A stretch of DNA of 64,000 nucleotides from an uncultured delta proteobacterium (GCA_963771175.1 CAVYSY010000006.1:96001-160000), one strand, 5' to 3'; shown: positions 10,088 to 21,418, counted from the stretch's first letter. Notes: generated by a model not told the origin, from the letters alone. Made by a program: numbers and translations.

Positions 10088-11314
10088 ATGGCCCAGAGAC
10101 ATACCGACGATGGCCGGGACGTTCCGGCACGCCCCTCGCCAGCGAACGGCATCCCGAGCAGCGACCGTGAGCGCGAGCGACGAGCCGCCGAGGCCCCACC
10201 GGGCTCCCGCGAGCGCTCCGAGTCCGACGCCACCGGCTGGAGCCCCGAGCGCGACGAGAACCCCGCCGCGCTCGAGGGCCGCTACCACCGCGCCGCCCAG
10301 CTCCGACTGGCCCAGCCGCGCACCGAGCAGGGAGCGCCACCGCCCCGGGACGACACGAGCCGGGACCTGGGCCCCCGGCACCGCATGTTCCACCGGGACC
10401 GCCCCATCGAGAGCCCGGGGCGCTCGCCCACCGATACCGACTATGGCCCCTATGGCCGGGATGATCGCTCGGCCGACTCTCCGTCCGGGCAGGGCGCGGG
10501 GCCGCTGCTGGGCGAGCAGGATAGGGACCACTCGCTGGACATGCGCCACCCGGCTCGGGAGTACCGCCCGTGGGACCGCACCGGAGCCGGCGCCGACACT
10601 CCACCCCTGGGGCGGGGTCCGTACACGGAGCCCGGCGGGCGCGAGACGTTCCGCACGGGTGGAGAGGAGTCGCGGTGGCACGAGGGCCGAGAGCACCGTC
10701 ACGGGCCGCGCGAGGAGCGCACCTGGGAGGAGGACCGCCCCGGGCAGGCGCGAGTCGAGGGCACACGCGAGGGGTACTCGGGGCTGCTGGGCATGGGCCA
10801 GGGCACCGTGCCGCGCGAGACCCGCGCCCCGTCCGAGCAGGGCCGCCGGGGCCGCTGGAAGCGCGAGCCGCTCACCGCGCGGGAGATCATGACGCGCCAC
10901 GTGAAGAGCGCCCGGCTCGACAGCAGCCTGCGCGACGTGGCGCGCATCATGAAGGACGAGGACTGCGGCATCGTGCCGGTGGTGGACGAGCGCGGGCGGC
11001 TGCGGGGAGTGCTCACGGACCGCGACCTGGTCATCCGCACCCTGGCCGAGGGCCGGCCTCCGGACACCCTGCTCGCCCGGGACGTGATGACGGATGACGT
11101 GGAGGCGGTGACCCAGGACGAGGACATCCACAGCATCATCGCGCTGCTGGGCCGCCGCCAGGTGCGTCGCGTCCCGGTGGTGGAGCGCGATGACCGGCTG
11201 GTGGGCATCATCTCGATGGCGGACATCGCCACCCGCGCCGACTACGACGAGGAGCTCCAGGAAGCACTGGACCGCATCTCGGCCCGGCGCTCGTTCTGGA
11301 GCCGCCTCATCTAG
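10088..11314 (+). CDS. CBS-pair domain protein with a long disordered Arg/Glu-rich N-terminus
   Basis: AGGAGG RBS; C-terminal TAREIMT...GIVPVVD...GVLTDRD...RRVPVV...GIISMAD. Confidence 0.9.
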   Translation: MAQRHTDDGRDVPARPSPANGIPSSDRERERRAAEAPPGSRERSESDATGWSPERDENPAALEGRYHRAAQLRLAQPRTEQGAPPPRDDTSRDLGPRHRMFHRDRPIESPGRSPTDTDYGPYGRDDRSADSPSGQGAGPLLGEQDRDHSLDMRHPAREYRPWDRTGAGADTPPLGRGPYTEPGGRETFRTGGEESRWHEGREHRHGPREERTWEEDRPGQARVEGTREGYSGLLGMGQGTVPRETRAPSEQGRRGRWKREPLTAREIMTRHVKSARLDSSLRDVARIMKDEDCGIVPVVDERGRLRGVLTDRDLVIRTLAEGRPPDTLLARDVMTDDVEAVTQDEDIHSIIALLGRRQVRRVPVVERDDRLVGIISMADIATRADYDEELQEALDRISARRSFWSRLI

Positions 11315-11348
11315 GGCACGCCCCCTCTCGTCGAGAGAGGGAACATGC

Positions 11349-12150
11349 TCACGCGATGGCGACGGTGACGCCCGAGGCGTCGCTCGTCACCGTGAACTTC
11401 TTGAGATTCCCTGTCTGGAGCGCGGGCCCTGCCGTCACCTCGCCCGTCTTGGTGAAGCGCGAGTCGTGGCAGGGGCAGAACAGATCGTGCCTGCGCCTCC
11501 CTGAATTGGACGGGACACCCCTGGTGGGTGCAGATGGAGTCCACGGCCGAGTACGTCCCGTCCTCGAGCGCGAAGACGAAGAGGAGCTTGCCGTAGCCCT
11601 CGGGAACACCCTGCACGAGGCCACCGGCCGTCTTCAGCTCGGGGAACTGCGAGAAGGGGAAGAAGATCTTCCCATCCACGACGGAGGGGAAGCCCTCCTC
11701 ACCGGCCGCGAAGTCGATGATCAGCACGCCCGTGTCCGCGTCGTAGCGCGAGGTGAAGGAGCGCAGCGGGGCCTTGGCGGGCGGGTACGTCACCGTGCCG
11801 TCCAGGGCGAAGCGCGAGCCGTGGCAGGGGCACACCGCCTCGCCCTGCTCGAAGCCCAGCGGGCAGCCCGAGTGCGTGCAGATGTTGGACGTCACCGCGT
11901 ACTGGTTGCCGCCCGGGTGCATGACGAGCAGTTGCTGCTCGCCGGGCACGCGCAGGGTGACGGCGCCGCCGTCGCGCGACAGGTCCGGGTAGCGCTTCAC
12001 GTCCAGCCGCACGCGCCCGTCCCGCGCTCTTCTCCGCGTCCAGCACCGGCGCGGGAGAGATGTCCGGCGCGCACCCCGACAGCCCCGTCGCCGCCGCGCC
12101 CGCGCCCACACCCACCACCCCCTGAGGAAACCTCGACGACTGGTGCTCAC
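11349..12150 (-). CDS. Tat-exported double Rieske [2Fe-2S] (lipo)protein; frameshifted
   Basis: SRRGFL Tat motif and LSGC lipobox; two CTHxGC...CPCHxSRF sets. Confidence 0.85.
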
Positions 12151-12737
12151 TTGCCCTCCTCCTTGAGCAGGAACTTCGGCTCCAGTCGAGCGCGTCATTC
12201 ACCTTCACCATCAGCAGGCGAGGGGCGCTCCACCTTGAAGGCCTCCAGGCTCACCTTGAAGTTGCCCTCGGCGCTCACGTCCTTGGCCGAGGTGAAGACC
12301 ACCTTCATGGGCACCTCCACCGGCTGCTTCACGCCGTGGAAGGTGAGCTGCCCCTTGAGCAGCACCGCACTGCTCCGAGGGGAAGGTGGTGGGCAGCTTC
12401 ACGCCGCTGGCCACGCCCTTGAACTCGATGGTGGGGAACTTCGGCGGCCTCGGTGGCCTCCTTCATGTGGGCGTCGCGGTTGGCGTTGCCCGAGTCGAAG
12501 TCGGCCACGTTGCGCGCGCACGGCCACCTGCAGGGTGCCGTCGGGGAGGAGGCGCGCCTTGCCCTCGGTGGGGCGCGCGGTGCCCACCACCTCGTGCAGC
12601 TTGTGGATGAGGTGGTAGCTGAGGGAGCTGTCAGCGGACTTCACCGAGAACAGGCGCGCGGCGTTGGCCGCCTCCTGCGCGAGAGCGGGCGCGGACAGCA
12701 GCAGCGAGGCCAGCACGGCCAGGAACGAGCGTTTCAT
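12147..12737 (-). CDS. YceI-family polyisoprenoid-binding protein; frameshifted
   Basis: Signal peptide, FDSGNANRDAHM, GQLTFHGV; stop overlaps the Rieske GTG. Confidence 0.85.
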
Positions 12738-12778
12738 GGGAACCTCCAGGTCTCTCAACGAGGATGCTGGAACGAAAT

Positions 12779-13498
12779 TCAGAAGACGATCATCAGGGCA
12801 CCCGCGGTCACGGCGCCCATCGTCGCATAGCCCAGCGCCTGATGGGCCGTGGCGAGATCCACCTGCGAGAGCTTGCCTTCCCTGGTGTCCGTCAGGCGAG
12901 CCCAGCACCACCTGGGAGAGCATGCCGGCAGTGGCCAGGGCCATGAAGATTTTGTGGAAGGTGATGGTGTCCCAGCGGAACTCCTTCTCGAAGGGCTGGG
13001 GGCGAGCACGCCGAGCAGGCCCGTCCCCACGAAGAGGGTCGAGGAGGCCACCACCAGCCCCGTGTGCCAGCCCTCGTACTTGCCGGTGTCACCGAAGCCG
13101 CGGTAGCGATCGTTGAAGTTGAGCTGCCCCACCACCACCGTGGCGGCCAGGGTGGCGGCCATGGCGATGCCCAGGCCCTGGTGGATGCTGAGCATGGTGC
13201 GGCGGCGGGCGATGGCCCTCTCCAGCTCCGGGTCCACCTGGACCGGCGCCTCGGCGGCAGTCGTCGAGGGCTCGAGCAGATCGAAGTCCATCGAGGGCTC
13301 CTCCGCCTGCTGCACCGGCGCATCCGCCGGGGGCTTCGTCTCGGCGGGCTTCGTCTCGGCGGCTTCGTCTCGGCGGGTCGACTCGGAGGACTTCCTGGAG
13401 GTCTTCGACGATTCGGCGGCCCGGGTCGCGGCGTGCGCGTGCGTGACGGGTACGGCAAGGAGTGGAATCAACAGGGCGGCAACAACGGAGCGGAACAT
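12779..13498 (-). CDS. Membrane protein with four His-bearing TM helices (cytochrome b561-like?); two compensating frameshifts
   Basis: Signal peptide, then SIHQGLG, GWHTGL, TFHKIF (shifted frame) and TAHQALG. Confidence 0.7.
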   Translation of the reverse strand: MFRSVVAALLIPLLAVPVTHAHAATRAAESSKTSRKSSESTRRDEAAETKPAETKPPADAPVQQAEEPSMDFDLLEPSTTAAEAPVQVDPELERAIARRRTMLSIHQGLGIAMAATLAATVVVGQLNFNDRYRGFGDTGKYEGWHTGLVVASSTLFVGTGLLGVLAPSPSRRSSAGTPSPSTKSSWPWPLPACSPRWCWARLTDTREGKLSQVDLATAHQALGYATMGAVTAGALMIVF

Positions 13499-13669
13499 CA
13501 CTTCCCCTCTGGCAGCAAGGAACACTGCCCCCAAGTATGCGCGAACGGGCGCTCGCTCGCATGCCTGGTTCATCACGAGGGGACGGAGCTGGGACTCCCT
13601 CGCCCTTCTTTCAACCTGCTCGAAAAAAGGGTGTGGGACTCGTCATCCCGACAACAGGCGCCGGGGCGC

Positions 13670-14096
13670 TCAGGCCGGCGCGGTGGCCGGGGCCTCCGAG
13701 CGCGGCGCGCGTGCCGTGGGACAGCTCCAGGCCCAGCACGCGCGGATCGAAATACGCGTAGAAGCGCGAGATGCGCTCGCCGTCCCACTCGATGATGGAG
13801 ACGCCCGAGTAGTCCACCGCCGCGCCGTTGTGCGCGGTGCCGCTGGTCTCCCACTCGAGGGCCACGCGGTCTCCGGCTTCGATCATGTTGCGGAAGGTGG
13901 ACCTCACCTGGCCCAGCATGCCCTTGTACTCGCGCCAGAACTGGCGCACCCCGTCCTTGCCCTGGTGGGTGCGGCGGGAGGCCACGTTGCTCACCTGCGC
14001 GTCGTCACTGAAGAGCTCCAGGAGGGGCTCCACGTCTCCGCTCTCCTCCAGCCTGGACAGTGCGTCCACGAACCGCTGCGCTCGCTCCATCGCCAT
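13670..14096 (-). CDS. SnoaL/NTF2-like protein
   Basis: LELFSDDA...GDRVALEW...GVSIIEWDGERISRFYAYFDP; frameshift near the C-terminus. Confidence 0.85.
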
Positions 14097-14248
14097 GGGG
14101 GTTCCTCGCTCCGAGTCCGAGAGGGTCCTTCCGACTCGGAGGGTGCGCATGGCACCGCGGCGCTGCCCGCTCCACGGGCCGCCCGCTCGGGGAGCGGGTG
14201 GAAGGGGGAGTGCCACCAGGCTCGCATCGCACTAGGCTGGGCTCCGTC

Positions 14249-15051
14249 ATGGAACGTGTCCGCGAGGCCCCGCCCTCCTCCGCCGAGGAGAGCCTGCCCT
14301 CCCTCCAGGAAATGCCCCCTGTCGCGCTGGAGGCGAGCACGCTGCTCGCGCGGATGCGGCTCCTCCGCGAGCCCGGGGCGGCGGTCGAGGAGGTGGACGC
14401 GTTCCTGGAGGACCTCTCGGCGCCCCGCCCCCAGGGAGAGCCCCCGCGCGTGCGGGCGGACGTCATGCTGGACCTCCTGGAGGACGCACGGCTGTGCGCG
14501 CTCACCGGCACGGACGGGCGCCGGGTGGGCGTCGTGGCCCTGGAGGCCCTGCTGGGGCTCGGCTACCCCTACGCCCTCGAGCTCACTCCCGAGATGCTGG
14601 CCCTGGCCCGCGGCTCGCGTCGCAGCCGGCCCGCCTCCCCGGCCATGTCCGCGCGGGACTCGGGCTGGCCGTCATCAACGCCCTGCTGCCGGTGGGGACA
14701 TACGCACTGAACACCCTCGACTCCCACCTGCCCTCCGCCGACGTCCTGGCCGGTGCGCCCCCGGGGGAGCTCCCCCACCTCCTGGAGTACAATCTGCCGC
14801 TGCTCGTGCCGCTCCTGCTCGGGCCTCCGCTGTTGTCGGCCCTGGCCGCGTGGCTCGGGTCCCGGCCCCTGCAACGCGTCTTCAACGGCCTGCAGTGGGT
14901 GCTCGGCCTGGGGGGGTTGTTCCTCGGGCTCAACGGGCACTTCGGCAGCCTCCCGGTGGACGCGGGAGATCGCATCCTCTCGCTGGCCATGGGGGTGCTG
15001 ACCCTGGTCACCGCCCTCTGCCTGCGCCCTCGCGAGGAGCCCGAGTCCTGA
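14249..15051 (+). CDS. Hypothetical membrane protein; frameshift near 14635
   Basis: LEALLGLGYPYALELTPE segment followed by four hydrophobic helices in the next frame. Confidence 0.65.
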
Positions 15052-15058
15052 AAAGACA

Positions 15059-15092
15059 AAGGACCGCGGCGAGGGGGGTGGCCGCGGTCCTT
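15059..15092 (-). terminator. Intrinsic terminator between convergent genes
   Basis: 12-bp stem AAGGACCGCGGC/GCCGCGGTCCTT, followed on the minus strand by TGTCTTTT. Confidence 0.75.
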
Positions 15093-15135
15093 CGGGCCCC
15101 CAGTCAGGAGACGGGGGCCGTGTCGAGAGCGTGAA

Positions 15136-16835
15136 TCAGGTGAGCACGTCGAGCGCGCGCGCGTAGTACTTCTCGCGGTCGGCGAGCCCGTTGTAGCCGC
15201 CGTTGATGCGGCGGGTGACTTCCTTGAAGTTGCCCGCGTCGGCGTAGGAGTTGAGGTTGCGGGTGTTCCAGAACCAGGCGGCGGTGCGGAAGCCCACCTC
15301 GGGGGTGGCGGCCTGGGTGGGGTTGTTCACCAGGTCGAGGCCCAGGGCCTTGCCGGCGGCCGCGTAGTTGGCGCGACCGGTGAGCTGGATGGGGCCACGG
15401 CCCTTGAAGCGCTTGCCGTCACCCGGCTGGGTGTTGCCCAGGTCCTTGCGGCCCTCGTAGGCGGCGCCGGAGGCGATCTCCTCCATGTAGCGGAACTCGC
15501 CGCTCTCGTGGGCGAGCTGCGCGATGAAGGCGGCCTGGCGCTTGGGGGTGTTGATGCCGGCCTCGGCCATGGCCTTGTTGAGGTGGGGCAGGTACTGCTC
15601 GGCCTTGGCGGCCGACAGGTTGGGCATGATCTTCCGCAGCTGCGCGAGCGACACGCCGCCCTTGGTGCCGGGCTCGGAGGGGCCGGTGACGGGGCCGGGG
15701 CCGGTGGTGCCAGAGGAGCCGCCCACCTTGGCGCCGAGCTTCTCGAAGGCCGCGCGGGTCAGGGGCCCGTAGTAGCCGGTGTTGGGCACGCCGTGCTTGG
15801 CCTGGAACTCCTTGAGGGCCGCCTGGGTCTTGGGGCCGAAGACGCCCGGGCCGGTGTTCATGTCGGCCTGGGACAGGGTGCCCGCCTTCACCAGCGCGGT
15901 CTGGAGCTGCTTGACCGCCTCGCCCTTGGCGCCCTTCTCCAGGTCCCCCGCGGGCAGGGACACGCCCTTCAGGGAGCCGGCGGAGGCCGCGGGCTTGGTG
16001 GCCACCGGGGTGGTGGTGCCGCCCGCCGGAGCGGTGCCCGGGTTCGGGTTGCCGCCGGAGAAGGTCACCAGCTCGCCGGTGCTCTTGTAGTTCTTCGGGC
16101 CGCCCACGAGCTTGCCACCCTGGAGCTGGAGGGAGATCTCCTTGCCGGTGGCGGGATCGTTCGCGAAGTAGGTGTCGCCCTTGCGGTGGGTGACGGTGAT
16201 CCAGTGGTCGGTGCCGTTGGAGCCGCCGTTGGAGCCGGCCTTGTAGTCCACGCCGATGACGACGGGACGGCCCGCGTCGATCTGCTTGTTGATGTTGTTC
16301 AGGCTCCAGCCGGGCTTGGAGGCGCCGAGGCCGGCCATCTTCCCGGCCTGGCTCCAGATGAGGCCGTTACCGGAGTAGCCACCGTTCTTGTCGAGGTAGG
16401 CGTCGAGCTCGCCGGGGTTGATGACCTTGCCGGTGATCTTGCTCATCGCCATGGCGGTGGAGGTCATCGCGCAGCCGGCGGCGCTGAGGGAGGAACCGGT
16501 GCCGAGGGAGCGGCCGCCCCACTGCGCATCGCCCTGACGGAACATGGGGGTGCCGTCGGCGGAGGTGGGGAACTGACGACCGTCGTCATCACGCGCCGGG
16601 CCAGCGGCCTTGCCGGAGCGGTGGCGGGAGCGGAGTCGAACTTGTCGCCCTTGGCGGGAGCGGGCTTGGTGGTGCGGGGACGCTCGAAGCTGTCCGGGAT
16701 GGTCAGCTTCTGGCCAACCTGAATCTGGTTGGCGTTCTTGATGTTGTTGGCTTTGGCGAGCTTGTCGACCGAGGTGCTGTACTTCTTCGCGAGGGCCGAG
16801 AGGGTGTCGCCGCTGCGGACGGTATGTACGGACAC
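15136..16835 (-). CDS. Modular peptidoglycan hydrolase: LysM + C39-like peptidase + PG-binding + GH19; frameshift near 16600
   Basis: Lys[14 protein letters not shown]...QIQVGQKL. Peptidase GCAMTS/DHWI/NDP. PGBD VKQLQ..GVFGPKT. GH19 [28 protein letters not shown]. Confidence 0.9.
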
Positions 16836-17032
16836 GGGGGACTCCAGAAAAAGGGTCGAAAAAACTGCGTTGACCCATTCTCGCGCGGAACGAGAAAAGG
16901 TTGCTTGGGGGGCGAAAGAAAAGTCGCGATTCCCCGCCCCGGGAGTGCGCGAGGGCCCGGGCACGGAGACGGACCCGCACGCAGGGAGTAGGACCTCACT
17001 GCTCCGCGTGTGACCTACAGCCCCCTGGGCCT

Positions 17033-17916
17033 TCAGGTCTCGAAGTCGAACAGGCAGGCCCCACGAGTGCCGTCCCGGCTCCGCTTGCACTTCTCGCCCG
17101 GACCGCAGGTGCCCGACGCGTCCGGGTCGCAGGCGCGCACGCAGCGATTGCCCAGGCACGAGGAGCCCTCCGGGCAGGGGGCGCCCTCCTTCGAGCAACT
17201 GGACACGCACCGCATCCAGACCTTCCCCGGCTGCTCCATTCGGGAGCGCGTCTCACAGGTCTGTCCCTCGGGACAGGGGGACTGCTGGCAGTTCGTCCCG
17301 CGAACCGAGGCGCAGACCGAGCCGCCCTCGCGGGAGCGGATGCACTCCTGACCGGCGGGGCAGCCCCGCGCCTCGCACGTCGGAAGGCACGAGGGGCCGC
17401 CGGGGCCACCTTTCCGTGGACAGAAGAACCCCTCGGGGCAGCTCTCGGGTACGTCCGGCCGGCACGGCCGACCGCACCGGCCGTTGCAGAGCAATCCCCG
17501 CGCGCAGGCCTTCGCATACTTCTTCGAGAACCGCACGCAGGCCTCCCCTTCCCGCCGGTTTCCCACCAACGTACAGCGCTTCAGGACCTCACCGTTCCAG
17601 GTGGCCACGGTCCCGCAGACGAAGTCGTCACCGCATTCCGCGTCCGTCTCACAATCGCTGTCCGTGCAGTAAAGCCCCCCCAGATTCACGTCGGCGAAAC
17701 AGACGAGTGGCGAGTCACAATCATCGCTTCGTCGGCAAGGCTGCCGCCACGTCGATAGCTGATGCCGCTGCTCCTGCGAGAGCATCGGCGTGACGTTCCG
17801 CTGCTCCGACTCGGACGACGCAACGACTTGGGCCATGAGGAGCTGACGAAGAGGGCCACGAGCGGCACCGTCAGCAGCAATCCCACGAGGATCGCTGCCA
17901 GAGTCCGCCGCATCAT
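17033..17916 (-). CDS. Membrane-anchored Cys-rich repeat protein; frameshift near 17825
   Basis: N-terminal TM ([17 protein letters not shown]) and many CPxGxxC repeats. Confidence 0.75.
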
Positions 17917-18171
17917 TCCTCCTCCGCCTCGCCCCCATCCCTCTTCGCATCCAGAAGCTCATTGCACTGCTGCTCACACTCCTTGAGCTTCTCCGGAAGG
18001 CAGATCTCTGAAGGGTTGCTGGCCCGCAGTCCCGCAGCTCCAACAGTCTGGCATTATCGAACATGTCCTCGAGCACGGCCCGGTCGATCGTGCCCCCCTT
18101 ACCGAAGGCATGCGGGCAGGCGGTACAGGCAACAGCACCCAAAGCAGAAATGGGGCGCGCCAGCGGCTCAT
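17913..18171 (-). CDS. Small Cys-containing (lipo)protein; frameshifted
   Basis: Reconstructed as MSRWRAPFLL.../ACPHAFGKGGTIDRAV...EICLPEKLKECEQQC...GGEAEEE*; the stop overlaps the downstream ATG. Confidence 0.5.
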
Positions 18172-18258
18172 CGGCACCTCCGGAAGAGAACGGTGCACCT
18201 ACCACTGCTCAGCCCCGCGCGGCGCGCATGGCCGAGGAAACTACCACTCCGCGAGGCC

Positions 18259-21204
18259 TCACCCCGCCCGAGCGCCCATGTCTCCGCGTCCGGCGAGCCG
18301 CGCCACCGCCTCGATGAGCTGCGCCGGTTCAATCGGCTTCGACAGGTGCACCTGGAAGCCCGCGCGGTAGGCCCGACGCGCGTCCTCCGCGCTCGCGTAC
18401 GCCGTGAGGGCAATCGCCGGCACCCACTGGTCCCTCGCCTCGGCCCACGCCCGCACCCGCCTCAGCAGCGCGTGCCCGTCCTCCCCCGGCAGGCCGATGT
18501 CCGACACCAGCACGTCCGGCAGTGACGCCTTCAGTCGCTCCATCGCCTCGGTCGCGTTGCTCGCCGTGCTCACCAGCGCTCCCCGCTCGCGCAGCATCAA
18601 GGCAATCAGCTCGCGCGCATCCGGCGCGTCCTCCACCAGCAGCACCGACACCCCGTCCAGCTTCACCGCCGGCACCGCCGGCTCCGCGCCCGGCAGGGCC
18701 TCCGTCTGCGCCTCGGGCAGCACCGCCGGCACCGGCAGCGTCACCGTGAACGTCGAGCCCTTGCCCTCGCCCGCGCTCTCCGCCCGCACCGCGCCCCCGT
18801 GCAGCCCCACCAGGTGGTGGACAATCGCCAGTCCCAGCCCCAGTCCCCCGTGCTCGCGCGTGGCCGAGCCGTCCGCCTGCCAGAAGCGCTCGAAGAGATG
18901 CGGCAGCGACTCGGCGCGAATCCCCTTGCCCGTGTCCGTCACCCGAATCCGCAGCTCCCGCTCGCCGCGGTCCACCCGCACCACCACCCGCCCGCCCGTG
19001 GGAGTGAACTTCACCCCGTTCACCAGCAGGTTCCAGCACACCTGCTGCAACCGCCCCGGGTCTCCCACCAGCATCGCCGTGCCGTTGCCGCCCACGTCCA
19101 CCTCGAGCGCCAGCGTCACGTTCTTCTGCTCCGCATGCGGGCGCACCACCTCCACCGCCGCCTGCACCACCCCCACCAGCTCCACGCCCCTGCGGTGCAG
19201 CGTCAGCTTCCCGGTGATGATGCGCGACACGTCCAGCACGTCTTCAATCAGCTGCGCCAGCGTGCGCGCGTTGCGCTCGATGACGGCCAGGCCCTTCTCC
19301 ATCGCCTTCGCGTCGCTCTGCCGGCTGCGCAGCATCTGCGTCCAGCCCAGCACCGCCGTCAGCGGCGTGCGCAGCTCGTGACTCATCACCGCGAGGAACT
19401 CGTCCTTGGCGCGGTTGGCCGCCTGCGTCTCCGCCATCAGCCGCGTGTTCTCAATCGCCACCGAGGCCATGCGCGCGAGCTGCACGAGAATCGCCTCGTC
19501 CTCGGCGCTGAAGTCCCCCTCGTGCCGGTCCGAGAGCTGGATGAGGCCCAGGTTGCGCCCATCCCGCCCCACCAGCGGCGCCGCCAGCCACCCGCGCAGG
19601 GGCGGGTGCTTCGCCTTGTGCCGGCCAAAGCCGCGCCAGGCCGGGTGGGACTCCAGTTCCTCCTGCGTCAGCCGCATGGGCAGGTTCAGCCGGCACACCC
19701 ACGAGTAGATGCCCGCACCCTCCGGCGGCTCGTGCCAGTCCCGCCACGCCGCGTACTTGTCCGACATCGACGTGGCGAGGATGGACTGCGACCAGCGCCC
19801 CTCCACCGTCAGGCTGGTGACGGCCTGGTGCGCCCCAATCACCTCGCGCGCCTGCTCGGTGATGGCCTCGAGCACACGCTCGATGGAGTCCGCCTCGCTG
19901 ATGATGAGCGCCGCGCTGGCCAGCCCCTGGAGCTGCGTGGCGTGGCGCTGCTCCCGGGCGAGCAGCCGCTCCAGCTCGGCCTCGCCCTGGCGCTGGCGCG
20001 TCACGTCCCGGTGGGCCCCCACCCACTCGCGCACCCGGCCGTCCTTCTCCAGCACCGGCACCGCGCGCGCCAGCATGTGGCGGTAGGCCCCGTCGTAGCA
20101 CCGCAGCCGGTGCTCCAGTTGGAACGGCGCGCGCGTGGAGAGCGACTCCTCCCAGGCGCGCGCGGTGCGCCCCCGGTCCTCCGGGTGCACCGCGTCCAGC
20201 CAGCCCCAGCCCGCGCACTCCTCGCGCGACTGCCCGGTGAAGGCGCTCCAGCCCGGCTGCTCCTCGACGAACTCTCCCGAGGGCGGCGTGGCCCAGATGA
20301 TGTCCGAGGTGGCCGTCACCAGCGAGCGGAAGCGCTCCTCGCTGTGCCCCAGGTCGCGGGCGAGCGCCTCGGCGGTGCGGCGCGAGCGCACCAGGTCCGT
20401 CACGTCGTAGGCGAAGATGGCCACGCCCTCCACCCGCCCGGAGGCGTCGCGCTGGGGGTGGTAGACGATGTCGAAGAACATCTCCTCGGCCGGAGCGGCT
20501 CCCGGGCGCGCCACCTTCACTGGCCGGGCGCGGCCCACGTAGGAGTGCCCCGTGGAGAAGACCCGGTCCATCACCTCGAGGACGCCCTGGCCCTCCAGCT
20601 CGGGGATGGCCTCGCGCACCGGCTGGCCCACCACGTCCCGGCTCCCGTAGAAGCGGCGGTGCAGCAGGTTGGAGAAGATGAAGCGGTGCTCGGGGCCGCG
20701 GGTGATGCTGACGGCGGCGGGCGCCAGCATCAGCATCTCCTGGTAGCGGGCGCGCTCGTTCTCCACGCCGGCGCGCGCGAGCTGCTCGGCGGACAGCAGC
20801 CGCACCCGCTCGTTCTCCGCCAGGCGCCGCTCCGTCACGTCCCGGGTGAAGACGACGAGCCCCTCGCCCGAGGGGAAGGCCCGCGTCTCCAGCCACAGGC
20901 CCGCGGGGGCGAAGAAGTCCTCCAGCGAGACGAGGGTGCGCGCCTCCATGGCCCGCCGCCACGCGGGGGCGAAGGCGCTGTCGGCCACCTCGGGCAGCAC
21001 GGCCCACAACTCCTGTCCCAGGAGGTGCTCACGCGTGCGGCCCACCTGCCGCTCTCCCACCGCGTTCACCCAGAGGAGCTTCCACTCCCGGTCCATCACG
21101 AGGATGCCGTCGGTGACGCCGTCGAGCAGCGGATCAAACCCCGCTGGGGCCGGGCTCTCCGGCCCCCCGGTCGGAGTTCTTGACGGCTCGTGAGTATCCT
21201 TCAT
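18259..21204 (-). CDS. Hybrid sensor histidine kinase (PAS x3, GAF, HisKA, HATPase, REC)
   Basis: FLAVMSHELRTPL, NGVKFT, DTGKGI, GGLGLGL and a receiver LVED...SDIGLP. Confidence 0.96.
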   Translation of the reverse strand: MKDTHEPSRTPTGGPESPAPAGFDPLLDGVTDGILVMDREWKLLWVNAVGERQVGRTREHLLGQELWAVLPEVADSAFAPAWRRAMEARTLVSLEDFFAPAGLWLETRAFPSGEGLVVFTRDVTERRLAENERVRLLSAEQLARAGVENERARYQEMLMLAPAAVSITRGPEHRFIFSNLLHRRFYGSRDVVGQPVREAIPELEGQGVLEVMDRVFSTGHSYVGRARPVKVARPGAAPAEEMFFDIVYHPQRDASGRVEGVAIFAYDVTDLVRSRRTAEALARDLGHSEERFRSLVTATSDIIWATPPSGEFVEEQPGWSAFTGQSREECAGWGWLDAVHPEDRGRTARAWEESLSTRAPFQLEHRLRCYDGAYRHMLARAVPVLEKDGRVREWVGAHRDVTRQRQGEAELERLLAREQRHATQLQGLASAALIISEADSIERVLEAITEQAREVIGAHQAVTSLTVEGRWSQSILATSMSDKYAAWRDWHEPPEGAGIYSWVCRLNLPMRLTQEELESHPAWRGFGRHKAKHPPLRGWLAAPLVGRDGRNLGLIQLSDRHEGDFSAEDEAILVQLARMASVAIENTRLMAETQAANRAKDEFLAVMSHELRTPLTAVLGWTQMLRSRQSDAKAMEKGLAVIERNARTLAQLIEDVLDVSRIITGKLTLHRRGVELVGVVQAAVEVVRPHAEQKNVTLALEVDVGGNGTAMLVGDPGRLQQVCWNLLVNGVKFTPTGGRVVVRVDRGERELRIRVTDTGKGIRAESLPHLFERFWQADGSATREHGGLGLGLAIVHHLVGLHGGAVRAESAGEGKGSTFTVTLPVPAVLPEAQTEALPGAEPAVPAVKLDGVSVLLVEDAPDARELIALMLRERGALVSTASNATEAMERLKASLPDVLVSDIGLPGEDGHALLRRVRAWAEARDQWVPAIALTAYASAEDARRAYRAGFQVHLSKPIEPAQLIEAVARLAGRGDMGARAG

Positions 21205-21418
21205 GGGCGCGGGGCTCAGGCCCATCAGAACACGGCAACGTCCGCTCGTGCACCCGGATAGGACCCGGGACTGTTGGAAGGAGGCCGGAGGAGCAGCCCG
21301 AGGTGGGAGTAGCGGACACCCAGGGCGCGTGAAGCCCGGCCGGTGAGGGAGGAGGCGGCCCGGGGCCTTCCGGCCTTGTGTGTCCCGGACGCATCCGTTA
21401 GCAGTCGGGCCACACCCC

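Noticed and set aside
15136..16835. Prophage endolysin
   Set aside because: No holin, structural or integrase genes nearby.
18799..21183. Long antisense ORFs (also 27740-29635, 41417-43411, 56110-58653)
   Set aside because: Shadow frames of high-GC3 genes with no motifs.
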